Source: a virus (Duplodnaviria; Caudoviricetes). Taken from it: a stretch of DNA of 25,763 bases. The notes beneath the pieces were generated by a model. That model was not told the DNA's origin. It saw only the letters and a program-made list of their open reading frames with translations, and made no database searches. The stretch lies in the IMG/VR virus record IMGVR_UViG_3300046779_001039, positions 1 to 25,763 of that record; one strand, 5' to 3'. Position numbers and translations under genes: made by a program. How positions within the stretch are numbered: the stretch's first letter is position 1; every line of letters begins with the position of its first letter. Below, in pieces: positions 15,730 to 24,804 of the stretch.

Positions 15730-17631
15730 ATGAGCAAAATCATCGGTATCGACTTGGGTACAACAAATAGCTGTGTATCCGTATTAGAAAATGGCGTAGC
15801 CAAAGTTATTGAAAACTCAGAAGGCGCACGCACAACACCATCAATCATTGCATACACAAAAGACGAAGTCTTAGTTGGTGCAACAGCAAAGCGACAAGCA
15901 GTTACAAATCCAAAGAACACACTTTACGCAGTTAAGCGTTTAATTGGTCGCAAGTTCGAAGAAAAAGAAGTACAAAAAGACATTGACCTAATGCCTTACT
16001 CCATCGTTAAAGCAGACAACGGTGATGCATGGGTTGAAGCAAACGGTGAAAAGATTGCACCTCCACAAGTAAGTGCAGAAGTACTTCGAAAGATGAAAAA
16101 GACTGCTGAAGACTATCTCGGTGAGCCAGTTACTAAAGCAGTTATTACCGTTCCTGCTTACTTTAACGACAGCCAACGTCAAGCAACTAAAGATGCTGGC
16201 CGTATTGCAGGTCTAGAAGTTCTTCGTATTATTAACGAGCCAACAGCCGCAGCTCTTGCCTATGGTGTTGATAAACAAGATAAGAAAGATCGCAAGGTTG
16301 CAGTTTACGACTTGGGCGGTGGTACATTTGATATTAGTATTATCGAAATTGCTAACATTGATGGCGACAAGCAAATTGAAGTATTGTCAACAAACGGTGA
16401 CACATTCCTAGGCGGTGAAGACTTTGACCAACGTCTAATGGACTACCTTGTTGATGAATTCAAGAAGGATAACGCAATTGATCTTAAGAAAGACATGCTA
16501 GCACTACAGCGTCTAAAAGAAGCTGCTGAAAAAGCAAAGATTGAATTGTCTAGCGCACAAAGCACTAGCATTAACTTGCCATACATTACAGCAGATGCAA
16601 GCGGTCCTAAGCACATGAACGTTACTATCAGCCGTGCTAAGTTTGAAGCAATGGTTGAAGAACTAATTCAGCGTTCAATCGAGCCTTGCAAGGTTGCTAT
16701 GAAAGACGCAGGCGTTAGCCCAAGTGACATTGACGAAGTTATCTTAGTTGGTGGTCAAACACGTATGCCTAAAGTACAAGAAGCAGTTGAGAAACTATTT
16801 GGCAAGGCACCACGTAAGGATGTTAACCCAGACGAAGCAGTTGCCGCAGGTGCTGCTATCCAAGGTGCTGTGTTAGCAGGTGACAAGACCGACGTTCTGT
16901 TGCTAGACGTTACACCACTTACACTTGGTATTGAAACAATGGGCGGTGTGTTCACAAAGCTAATTCAAAAGAACACAACAATCCCAACTAAACATTCGCA
17001 AGTGTTCTCAACAGCAGATGACAATCAGCCAGCTGTTACTATTAAGGTAGCACAAGGCGAGCGTGAACTGTTTAAGTACAATAAGTTGCTAGGTGAATTT
17101 AACCTTGAAGGCATTGATCCAGCACCACGTGGTATGCCTCAGATTGAGGTTACACTAGACATTGATGCCAACGGTATCTTAAATGTTAGTGCTAAGAACA
17201 AAGCTACTGGCAAGGAAAACAAGATTACTATCAAGAGCGATAGTGGTCTAAGTGAAGAAGAAATCCAACGCATGGTTCGTGAAGCGGAGGAAAATGCCGA
17301 AGCAGATAAGAAAGCTAAAGAGTTAATCGAATCCAAAAATTCTGCCGAAGCACAATTACATTCTGTTAATAAGGAATATGATAAGTTCAAAGACCAATTA
17401 ACAGAGGAAGAACGTACTAAGTTCGATGAAGCAGTTAAGGCAGTTAATGATGCATCATCGGGCGAAGACGTAGAGGGTATTACTAAGTCGATCAATGACT
17501 TGTTTGAAGCTGCACAGCCTGTATTCTTGAAGAAGCAAGCAGCAGAATCAGCACAAGCAGAAGCTGCACAAAAAGGTGAGCAAACTGTTGATGCTGAGTT
17601 CAAAGAAGTTGACTCTGGCGACAAGAAGTAA
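15730..17631 (+). CDS. dnaK: molecular chaperone DnaK (Hsp70)
   Basis: [37 protein letters not shown] linker, VDAEFKEV tail. Confidence 0.98.
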   Translation: MSKIIGIDLGTTNSCVSVLENGVAKVIENSEGARTTPSIIAYTKDEVLVGATAKRQAVTNPKNTLYAVKRLIGRKFEEKEVQKDIDLMPYSIVKADNGDAWVEANGEKIAPPQVSAEVLRKMKKTAEDYLGEPVTKAVITVPAYFNDSQRQATKDAGRIAGLEVLRIINEPTAAALAYGVDKQDKKDRKVAVYDLGGGTFDISIIEIANIDGDKQIEVLSTNGDTFLGGEDFDQRLMDYLVDEFKKDNAIDLKKDMLALQRLKEAAEKAKIELSSAQSTSINLPYITADASGPKHMNVTISRAKFEAMVEELIQRSIEPCKVAMKDAGVSPSDIDEVILVGGQTRMPKVQEAVEKLFGKAPRKDVNPDEAVAAGAAIQGAVLAGDKTDVLLLDVTPLTLGIETMGGVFTKLIQKNTTIPTKHSQVFSTADDNQPAVTIKVAQGERELFKYNKLLGEFNLEGIDPAPRGMPQIEVTLDIDANGILNVSAKNKATGKENKITIKSDSGLSEEEIQRMVREAEENAEADKKAKELIESKNSAEAQLHSVNKEYDKFKDQLTEEERTKFDEAVKAVNDASSGEDVEGITKSINDLFEAAQPVFLKKQAAESAQAEAAQKGEQTVDAEFKEVDSGDKK

Positions 17632-17643
17632 TATAATAGAAGC

Positions 17644-17692
17644 GTAGGGTGCTCGAGTGAGGCCCTACACAGTTCTTGCTTAATAAAGGAGA
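17644..17692 (+). promoter_or_regulatory. ROSE-like RNA thermometer upstream of hsp20
   Basis: Hairpin GTAGGG...CCCTAC at 17644-17668, then TTCTTGCTTAATAAAGGAGA at 17673-17692. Confidence 0.72.
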
Positions 17693-17698
17693 TCTAAA

Positions 17699-18127
17699 AT
17701 GAGTAACTTAAGAACTATTGACGCGGCAGCTCTTGCCCACTTAAACAGAGCATTAGTAGGATTTGATCGTGTATTCAACGATCGCTTTTTTGAAGGACGT
17801 ACTACAAACTATCCTCCACATAACATTGTGAAGTATAGTGATACTGAGTATGCAATTGAAATTGCGGTTGCTGGTTTCTTAAAAGAAGAAATTACGGTCG
17901 AAGTTGATCAAGACCAACTAAAGGTACGTGGTGTTAACAGTGTTACTGAAAGCAGAAATGTAGAATATCTACATCGCGGTATTGCTTCACGTGACTTTGA
18001 GCAAGTTTATACTCTTGCTGAGTATATGGTTGTCAAGGACGCAGAGGTCAAGGACGGCATGCTTATTGTTAGCATTGAGCGTGTTGTTCCAGAGGCACTC
18101 AAACCTCGCACTATCGAAATCAAATAA
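17699..18127 (+). CDS. small heat shock protein Hsp20 (IbpA-like)
   Basis: VGFDR, NYPPHNI, IEIAVAGF, YLHRGIASRDF, DGML, PEALKPRTIEI. Confidence 0.95.
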   Translation: MSNLRTIDAAALAHLNRALVGFDRVFNDRFFEGRTTNYPPHNIVKYSDTEYAIEIAVAGFLKEEITVEVDQDQLKVRGVNSVTESRNVEYLHRGIASRDFEQVYTLAEYMVVKDAEVKDGMLIVSIERVVPEALKPRTIEIK

Positions 18128-18130
18128 ATG

Positions 18131-18160
18131 TAAATAACCCAGGGGGAGAAAACTCCCCCT
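18131..18160 (+). promoter_or_regulatory. TAAATA motif followed by a perfect GC-rich hairpin
   Basis: TAAATA at 18131-18136; AGGGGGAG-AAAA-CTCCCCCT at 18141-18160; no U-tract follows. Confidence 0.55.
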
Positions 18161-18175
18161 ACTGTGGAGAATTAA

Positions 18176-18478
18176 ATGCCTAGTACTGATATCCAATTAG
18201 ACGAAAAAATTAAAGTAACTGCCCAAGAGCCTAAGCGTTGGAAAGTTGTTATCCTTAACGACGATTCTACCCCTATGGATTTTGTTATTTCTGTGCTAAT
18301 GGAAATCTTCAAGCACAATCCAGATTCTGCTAAACATGTTACTCTCGAAATTCACGAAGAAGGCAGCGGTATTGCAGGAATCTATAGTTTTGAAATTGCA
18401 GAAGTAAAAGCAGTTGAAGCTACCAATCAGGCTAGACAAAGTGGTTTTCCTCTCCAAATCAAACTAGAGGAAGAATAA
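18176..18478 (+). CDS. clpS: ATP-dependent Clp protease adaptor ClpS
   Basis: WKVVILNDDSTPMDFVISVL, IHEEGSG, EIAEVK, GFPL. Confidence 0.95.
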   Translation: MPSTDIQLDEKIKVTAQEPKRWKVVILNDDSTPMDFVISVLMEIFKHNPDSAKHVTLEIHEEGSGIAGIYSFEIAEVKAVEATNQARQSGFPLQIKLEEE

Positions 18479-19035
18479 TGGATAATTTGAAAGAGCTCAC
18501 ATGGGCCTCTCATAGGGAAGCAGAAACTTCCCCTTTTGTAAAAGTTTTATTTTCGGGAAAGATTGATCCGAAGCTGTATGCTACATACTTAAAAAATCAA
18601 CACCCTATGTATGAGGTGCTTGAAGTATGTGCAATGCCTCATCAGTTGTTTCACGGAATTCCTGAGATTCGCAGAGCACCTGCAATATTGTCTGACTTTG
18701 TTGAATTATGGGGTGCTGACAATCCTGAGTCTCCGATAATGTGTCCGGTTGTAGAAGAGTATACACAATATATTCTTAGCATAAAGGATGACCCTAAGAA
18801 GCTAATGGCACACATCTATGTACGTCACTTCGGTGATCTAAGCGGTGGACAAATGATTTCAAAACGTGTGCCAGGTAGCGGCAAATACTATCAGTTTGGC
18901 GACAATCCAAACAGTATTAAAGAAGCAATTCGCCCACGCCTTTCAGACGATATGGCTGACGAAGCAAAAGTCTGTTTCGATTTTGCTAGACGTTTGTTCG
19001 AAGAACTAAACGAGGTTGCAAAAAAATATGAGTAA
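18478..19035 (+). CDS. heme oxygenase (biliverdin-producing)
   Basis: LKELTWASHREAE (proximal His) and AHIYVRHFGDLSGGQMI distal helix. Confidence 0.93.
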   Translation: MDNLKELTWASHREAETSPFVKVLFSGKIDPKLYATYLKNQHPMYEVLEVCAMPHQLFHGIPEIRRAPAILSDFVELWGADNPESPIMCPVVEEYTQYILSIKDDPKKLMAHIYVRHFGDLSGGQMISKRVPGSGKYYQFGDNPNSIKEAIRPRLSDDMADEAKVCFDFARRLFEELNEVAKKYE

Positions 19036-19708
19036 GGTATGGGACACGCTAATTGAAATTCAGCACCTACTAGAAGAAAGTTTTAATGGAACAGGTAGAG
19101 AAATCAGTGAACCGGGTATGGATAGGTTTAACCAGCCTGGTTGGGTTAATCGCGTTTGGACCTCTGACCGGTATCGTCGTGCTCATATTGATGTGGTTGA
19201 TGCTAGAGAAACTAAAGGTCTTTGGATGATGCATTGTTGCATCTTCCCGCACACACATAACCCAGCACCAATTTACGGATTTGACGTTATTGCAGGAAAG
19301 AATAAAATTACCGGATGCTTTCACGATTTTAGCCCTGCTGGTGATAGCGAACATCCGCTCATTGATTGGTTTGCTGAACAAGCATTAGAGCTACAGTGGA
19401 ATAAAACCCGCAAACTACCCGACTGGGCTGAACGCATCTTTACAGGTAGTATGATTGCCGCAGGCAACGTAAGTAAGGAAGAAGAGCTCGATCAGATATT
19501 TTCTATTGCTAACCGTACTATCACGCATTATCTATCCGCAGTAGGCGAAACTAACCATACTGCCCGTGATACTACAGAATCACAGAACTATTACGCACAG
19601 AATCAAAAACAAAACCCGCATACTCCACGAGTAATGGCTAGTTTAGGCCTGAATGAAGAGGATGTGGGTATCTTTATCCAAGAATGTTTGTTTCCTGAAA
19701 TAAAATAA
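19028..19708 (+). CDS. pcyX: ferredoxin-dependent bilin reductase, PcyX-type
   Basis: From ATG 19028: RRAHID55, M67-x-H69-x-C71, P.IYGFD86, DFSP, R.LPDWA..IF, QKQNPHT; adjacent to heme oxygenase. Confidence 0.8.
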   Translation: MSKVWDTLIEIQHLLEESFNGTGREISEPGMDRFNQPGWVNRVWTSDRYRRAHIDVVDARETKGLWMMHCCIFPHTHNPAPIYGFDVIAGKNKITGCFHDFSPAGDSEHPLIDWFAEQALELQWNKTRKLPDWAERIFTGSMIAAGNVSKEEELDQIFSIANRTITHYLSAVGETNHTARDTTESQNYYAQNQKQNPHTPRVMASLGLNEEDVGIFIQECLFPEIK

Positions 19709-19711
19709 CGG

Positions 19712-19736
19712 TTTTCTTGCTCTAGAGCAAAGAAAA
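19712..19736. repeat. palindrome/hairpin between pcyX and the curli cluster
   Basis: Perfect 14-bp palindrome TTGCTCTAGAGCAA (19717-19730) flanked by TTTTC and AGAAAA. Confidence 0.55.
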
Positions 19737-19749
19737 AAGCTATACATAA

Positions 19750-19797
19750 TTCGCTCCCGGTCAAGTCGTAAATATAATACGGATTGTCGGGAGCGAA
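19750..19797 (+). promoter_or_regulatory. long SD-sequestering hairpin with TAAATA motif at its apex
   Basis: TTCGCTCCCG (19750-19759) / CGGGAGCGAA (19788-19797) perfect 10 bp plus inner pairing; TAAATA at 19769-19774; SD GGAG inside the 3' arm. Confidence 0.75.
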
Positions 19798-19801
19798 CCA
19801 T

Positions 19802-20308
19802 ATGTCCAAAACAAAACAGGTAATAGCATTACTATTGTTGCCTTCGGTCTGTCTATCAGCGCCGCTAGGTGATTTTACATTTAAGAGTCCTGCATTTACA
19901 GGAGCCGGTTACAGTAGTCATGTCTTAACTATTGAAAACCAAGAAAGAACACGCCAAAAAGAACGTGAAGACAAAGTCCAAGCGGCTATTGATAAAGCTG
20001 CATCTGACGCTAAAAACACAAACCTTGCTAAGTTCTTAAGCAACTTAGAATCGCGTATCTACGCACAAATTAGCCAAAACGTAGCAACAGCAATGTTTGC
20101 TAATAATAGCTGTAGCATTAACTCTGCTAATTGTCAAGGTAGCATTAATTTCCAAGGGAATACAATCAGCTGGAGCCGTGTAGCAGATGCATTTAACTGC
20201 ACAGGTTCTGCTAACGGAACTTGTATTCAACTAACAGTTGCAGATCCAAGCGGTTCTACAACAAACATCTATGTTCCGTTAGAATCATTCCAGATGCCAG
20301 GGAGTTAA
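19802..20308 (+). CDS. csgF: CsgF-like curli assembly protein
   Basis: Start ATG 19802; signal peptide; FTFKSPAFTG (cf. CsgF FQFRNPNFGG); FLSNLESRIYAQIS; LTVADPSGSTTNIYVP; precedes csgG. Confidence 0.75.
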   Translation: MSKTKQVIALLLLPSVCLSAPLGDFTFKSPAFTGAGYSSHVLTIENQERTRQKEREDKVQAAIDKAASDAKNTNLAKFLSNLESRIYAQISQNVATAMFANNSCSINSANCQGSINFQGNTISWSRVADAFNCTGSANGTCIQLTVADPSGSTTNIYVPLESFQMPGS

Positions 20309-20312
20309 TTAA

Positions 20313-21137
20313 ATGAAAAAAACATTATTATCTCTTGCAATTTTATCAGCGTTATCTGGATGTGCTGTAATTCAAACAACAGGTTTAACAGAGTCTGATC
20401 CTACAGTAACTACTCAACGTGAAAATGTTAAGAAAGAATTTGATGCTATTCCTGGCCCAGCAGCTGGTAAGCCATTAAGTGTAGCAGTATACAACTTTAC
20501 TGATAAGACTGGACAGCGTAGACCACAGGCTAACATTGCTAGCTTATCAACAGCAGTTACACAAGGTTCAGAAACATTCTTAATTCAAGCACTACAAAAT
20601 GTAGGTCGTGGAGAGTGGTTTGACGTTGTTGAACGTGTAGGCCTTGATAACTTAACAAAAGAACGATTGATCATTCGTCAAATGCGTGAAGCATACGAAG
20701 GTAAAGAAGCAAAGCCTTTATTACCTATGCAATTTGCAGGCATTATTTTAGAAGGCGGTATTATAGGGTATGACCAAAGCACAACAAGTGGTGGAGCAGG
20801 CGCAAGGTTGTTAGGCATTGGAAAACAGACTCAATGGTCGACTGATACTGTGACAGTAAGTTTACGAGCAGTTAGCGTAAACACTGGAAAAGTATTAGCA
20901 AGTGTAACAGTACAAAAGACAATTCTAAGTTCAGCTGATAGCGTGTCTGCTCTTAAATTTTATGACGCAGGTACAAAAGCATTTGAAGCAGAAGCAGGCT
21001 TAACAATTAACGAGCCAGGCACTTATGCTACAAAAGCAGCAGTTGAAATGGCGGTTGTAGAATTGATTAAGGAAGGACAGCGTAAGGGTGTTTGGGATTT
21101 CAAACAAAAAATAATAATTAACGAAAACCAACAATAA
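20313..21137 (+). CDS. csgG: CsgG/HfaB family outer-membrane secretion pore lipoprotein
   Basis: Lipobox LSGC; VAVYNFTDKTGQR, STAVTQG, WFDVVERVGLDNLTKERLIIR, ILEGGIIGYD, DTVTVSLRAV, NEP. Confidence 0.93.
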   Translation: MKKTLLSLAILSALSGCAVIQTTGLTESDPTVTTQRENVKKEFDAIPGPAAGKPLSVAVYNFTDKTGQRRPQANIASLSTAVTQGSETFLIQALQNVGRGEWFDVVERVGLDNLTKERLIIRQMREAYEGKEAKPLLPMQFAGIILEGGIIGYDQSTTSGGAGARLLGIGKQTQWSTDTVTVSLRAVSVNTGKVLASVTVQKTILSSADSVSALKFYDAGTKAFEAEAGLTINEPGTYATKAAVEMAVVELIKEGQRKGVWDFKQKIIINENQQ

Positions 21138-21163
21138 GGTGTAATTCACCAAGGAGCGAAAAT

Positions 21164-22117
21164 ATGTATAGAAAGGATATTAAGTTAATGGCATTTGTTG
21201 CAAGTGCTATGTTCTGGGGGTCCGGTTACGCAGCTGACAATAGCATTTATATTGATCAGTCAGGTGATAACTCAACAATTACCATGACACAAGACGGAGC
21301 TGGCAACAAAGTCAAAGGCATTTTAATTAACGGAACTGCGGGCGGAACTACGGATCCTGCTAAGTTAACAGGAAGCGCACAAACTGTTAATATTGAACAG
21401 ACTGGTGCGACTAACGTGCTTGCGTTAGGCATTAACTCAACACAGGGTGGTACCGTTAGTGGGTATGCTAACATTGGTGTAAATTTAAATTATCAAGTAA
21501 GTGATGGTGGTAACACTGGTTACATTAACATTAACAACAATGGCCTAGGCACAGCCTCAGGCAATGTAGTTGGAATTAATCAAAGTGGTGGCGGTGCTAC
21601 TACTATATTAAACATGACTGGAACTAGCAATAGCTTGTCAGTCGTTCAATCCGGTGGAGCAAACAATAGTTTCACAGGAACTATTAATGCAGATGAAACT
21701 GTAGCAACAGTAAGCAATACAGGCGGTGGTGGCAATTCAACAACACTAGACATGACTGGAAACAAAGGTCAAGTAAGTGTAACAACTGTAGGTGCTACTA
21801 ACACAACAAGCATTACACAAAGCGCATATGGTTCTACTGGCGCACAAGTAATCGTTGACATTACTGGATCAGGCAATGATACAACAATTACACAAAGCGG
21901 ACTGTTTGATCATTACGCTAAGTTAACAGTAGTTGGAAGCGGCAACAATTTTACACTAGCACAGTCTGGTGGCGCTGGCCCAGGACATCATATTACTATG
22001 AATGTTACTGGTAGTACAAATACTATGAGCGTTACTCAACAAGGTACAGTATCTAATTTAGTTAATATGGCAGTTACAGGTAGTAGCAATTCCTACACTA
22101 TTATACAGAAAAACTAA
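21164..22117 (+). CDS. secreted curlin-repeat protein (CsgA/CsgB-like)
   Basis: Signal peptide, then N-x-x-x-I-x-Q-x-G-x-x-N repeats (DNSIYIDQSGDNSTITMTQDGAGN ... TMSVTQQG); G/N/S/T/Q-rich. Confidence 0.75.
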   Translation: MYRKDIKLMAFVASAMFWGSGYAADNSIYIDQSGDNSTITMTQDGAGNKVKGILINGTAGGTTDPAKLTGSAQTVNIEQTGATNVLALGINSTQGGTVSGYANIGVNLNYQVSDGGNTGYININNNGLGTASGNVVGINQSGGGATTILNMTGTSNSLSVVQSGGANNSFTGTINADETVATVSNTGGGGNSTTLDMTGNKGQVSVTTVGATNTTSITQSAYGSTGAQVIVDITGSGNDTTITQSGLFDHYAKLTVVGSGNNFTLAQSGGAGPGHHITMNVTGSTNTMSVTQQGTVSNLVNMAVTGSSNSYTIIQKN

Positions 22118-22126
22118 GAGGTTAGA

Positions 22127-23230
22127 ATGAATGTATGGGCAGCATTATTACTTGTTCCGTTTTTAATATCGAGTGCTTATGCAGCAGTTGGTAAAGTTAC
22201 GGAACAGGTAAATGCACCACCGACAATTCAACGTGATAAGTCTACTATAACAGCAAGCAAGGGTACTGGCGTTGAAATGAATGACGCTATTAAAACCGCA
22301 CAAGGTAAAGTAGGCATTACGTTTGAAGACGACACTAAGGTGCAAGTCAACGAAAACTCTAAACTTGTAATTGACGACTTTGTATACGATCCGAAAAGTA
22401 AATCAGGAAAACTAGGTGCCAAAGTAGCACTAGGAACAGTTCGTTATGCAAGCGGACAAATTGCTAAAAATTCGCCACAAAACGTTGCGCTTAATACACC
22501 TAGTGCTACTGTAGCTGTTCGTGGAACTGACTTTACTGCTACTGTAGACGAATTGGGCGAAAGCACAATTATCTTATTACCTAGTTGCCCTAATGATAGA
22601 CCAATGCGTTCTAGAAGAGATATCGAAGCAGGTTGTAAAACAGGAACTATCGAAGTATCTAACGATGCAGGTGTTGTAATCTTAAACCAACCGTTCCAAG
22701 TAACTAAAGTCCAAAGTAGAAACCAACCTCCAACACCTCCTAAGGTATTAGAATTGTCAGAGATGGCTATTAGCAACTTACTAATCCTTAGTCCTCCAAA
22801 CGAAGTAAAACAAGCTATAAAGGAACAGCAAAAACTATTCAACCCGCTTGATTTTGATTTCTTAAAAGAAAAGGGTTTAGAAAATTGGCTTGATGTGCAG
22901 TCAAGTCAAATGTATGAGGATAAGCTAAAACGAAACTTTTTAGATAACGGATTCCTTGCTAGTTTGTTCGATGTTATTGGTAATGCGTTAGATGAAAAGT
23001 TTTTAGAGCCAGTCGACCCTGTGTTACCTGACTATAGAAAGTCAAGTGGCATTGTTGCTTACAAAGATGAAATGACTGTTGGATTATGTCGAGATAATGG
23101 AGCAGATGTACAATGTGTTACAACGCCGTTAACACAAAACTCAACAATTTATCAAACACAAGGTAACATTGAATTTAAGAACCGTGTTAATCAAGGCGGC
23201 AATACTATTATTACGTTGATACAAAAATGA
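22127..23230 (+). CDS. secreted FecR-domain protein
   Basis: Signal peptide; D.IKT..G..GITFEDDTKVQVNENSKLVID, GTVRYASG, TPSATVAVRGTDF. Confidence 0.88.
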   Translation: MNVWAALLLVPFLISSAYAAVGKVTEQVNAPPTIQRDKSTITASKGTGVEMNDAIKTAQGKVGITFEDDTKVQVNENSKLVIDDFVYDPKSKSGKLGAKVALGTVRYASGQIAKNSPQNVALNTPSATVAVRGTDFTATVDELGESTIILLPSCPNDRPMRSRRDIEAGCKTGTIEVSNDAGVVILNQPFQVTKVQSRNQPPTPPKVLELSEMAISNLLILSPPNEVKQAIKEQQKLFNPLDFDFLKEKGLENWLDVQSSQMYEDKLKRNFLDNGFLASLFDVIGNALDEKFLEPVDPVLPDYRKSSGIVAYKDEMTVGLCRDNGADVQCVTTPLTQNSTIYQTQGNIEFKNRVNQGGNTIITLIQK

Positions 23231-24681
23231 AAAAGTTAGTAGCATTATTACTCTTAGTTGTTGGAAATGTTTTTGCGTTTGATAGTACATCGGATTATAA
23301 CTCAGCCAACATGAGCTATCCGGCTAATAGTACAATTAGTCAATATGTTGTGTTCAATAGCACAATGCAAGCCGGCGGCAAAATTACATTTAACGTAGAC
23401 GCACACGCCGGTGGTGGCCGCCCATTACAACACGATACTGGTAACTTAAAATTAGAATTCTATAATGCCAGCGGTGCATTGTTAGGTACAGTACAAACTA
23501 ACTTTGCAGCAAACTTATTACAAATGGATGCTTGGTCTGCTGCACCAGGCGACAATTCTGCTCCATGGGTAAATTTAAATTTAGAAACAACAACTTGTGG
23601 TAGCGTAGGATCTTGCTCTAACGTGTCTTACATGAAAGTTATTATGATCGGTACAGATACATCATGGTGGGCAGGTAACTATGGTCCGCAGTGGCGTATT
23701 CCTAGTGTAACATTTAATGATGGTGCAAACATTCTGTATAATCCAGAGTTTGGTAGCTATAACGGCACAATGGCACAAGGTTGGACAAGTAGTTCAGGGT
23801 GGGGTGCTTGCGGAACAACAAGCGGATCAGTAATGTGTACAACAACAGCCGCCGGTGTTACTGTAAACATGCACTCTACAGGATATGATGCAACCGGCGG
23901 AACAACGAGTTCTCCGGCAGGTGGTTACAGTTCTACCTTGTCGGCAAGTAATCCAACAGGGTCGACTACAACTACAACTACACAACCTGCTGCACCGGCG
24001 TTCGACGGAACCATTACACAAGTTAATAATCCCACTTCAGATGTTATTACTAGTGGTTCAACTAGCACAGCAGGATTTACTGGCACACAGCAAACAAGAG
24101 TTGATGCATGGACAAACAGCACGCAATCAAAGAATAACGTGTTATATATTACACAAACTTACGGGGCAAACAACAATGTCACTATTACACAATCTGGACA
24201 AAAGAATAGAATTGACTTTACAATGGGCGGTAATAATAACATTGTTAATAATACACAAACTGGATCTAACTATCTTAAAGAAACAATTCCAGGTTGGGGT
24301 AACAATGTTACTACCAATCAAAGCAATACAAATTTAACTAACTATGCTGAAACCAAAATACAAGGTAACGGCAATACTGTTAATCATCAGCAGATTGGTC
24401 CAGGAAATCACATATTGTTTAATACAATTACTGGAGACATTAACACGGTCAATACTACTCAAACAGGATCTGCAGGTCATTACGCAGAAACTAAATTGAC
24501 TGGTAATTGGAACAATGTTACAGTTAATCAATCTGGCAACACTCAAAATAAAGCAAACATAGACTTGACTAATGCCGGCGGTGCAGCCAGTGTAGATCTA
24601 GGTCAAACAGGCGGAAAAAGCTTCACTATTATTCAAAGCTGTGTAAATCCCGCCGGTTGTATTACAGTTGTACGTCAGTAA
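23227..24681 (+). CDS. secreted chimeric protein: globular (CBM-like) domain, Ser/Thr linker, curlin-like repeats
   Basis: Signal peptide; Trp/Cys-containing N-domain (WWAGNYGPQW); TTTTTTQPAAP linker; C-terminal N.V.I.Q.G..N repeats. Confidence 0.72.
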   Translation: MKKLVALLLLVVGNVFAFDSTSDYNSANMSYPANSTISQYVVFNSTMQAGGKITFNVDAHAGGGRPLQHDTGNLKLEFYNASGALLGTVQTNFAANLLQMDAWSAAPGDNSAPWVNLNLETTTCGSVGSCSNVSYMKVIMIGTDTSWWAGNYGPQWRIPSVTFNDGANILYNPEFGSYNGTMAQGWTSSSGWGACGTTSGSVMCTTTAAGVTVNMHSTGYDATGGTTSSPAGGYSSTLSASNPTGSTTTTTTQPAAPAFDGTITQVNNPTSDVITSGSTSTAGFTGTQQTRVDAWTNSTQSKNNVLYITQTYGANNNVTITQSGQKNRIDFTMGGNNNIVNNTQTGSNYLKETIPGWGNNVTTNQSNTNLTNYAETKIQGNGNTVNHQQIGPGNHILFNTITGDINTVNTTQTGSAGHYAETKLTGNWNNVTVNQSGNTQNKANIDLTNAGGAASVDLGQTGGKSFTIIQSCVNPAGCITVVRQ

Positions 24682-24793
24682 GTTAATTTCTAAACAAATA
24701 CTTCTTATGTAAGAGTAGTCTTGCTTTATTGTATTGAATGGCCGTAATAACTAACCCTGCTGGTTGGTTACTCCCTAGGAATATTTGTATCGA

Positions 24794-24799
24794 TAAATA
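24794..24799 (+). promoter_or_regulatory. TAAATA late-promoter motif
   Basis: GATAAATA ending at 24799, with 5 nt between it and ATG 24805; no SD. Confidence 0.55.
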
Positions 24800-24804
24800 A
24801 TGAT

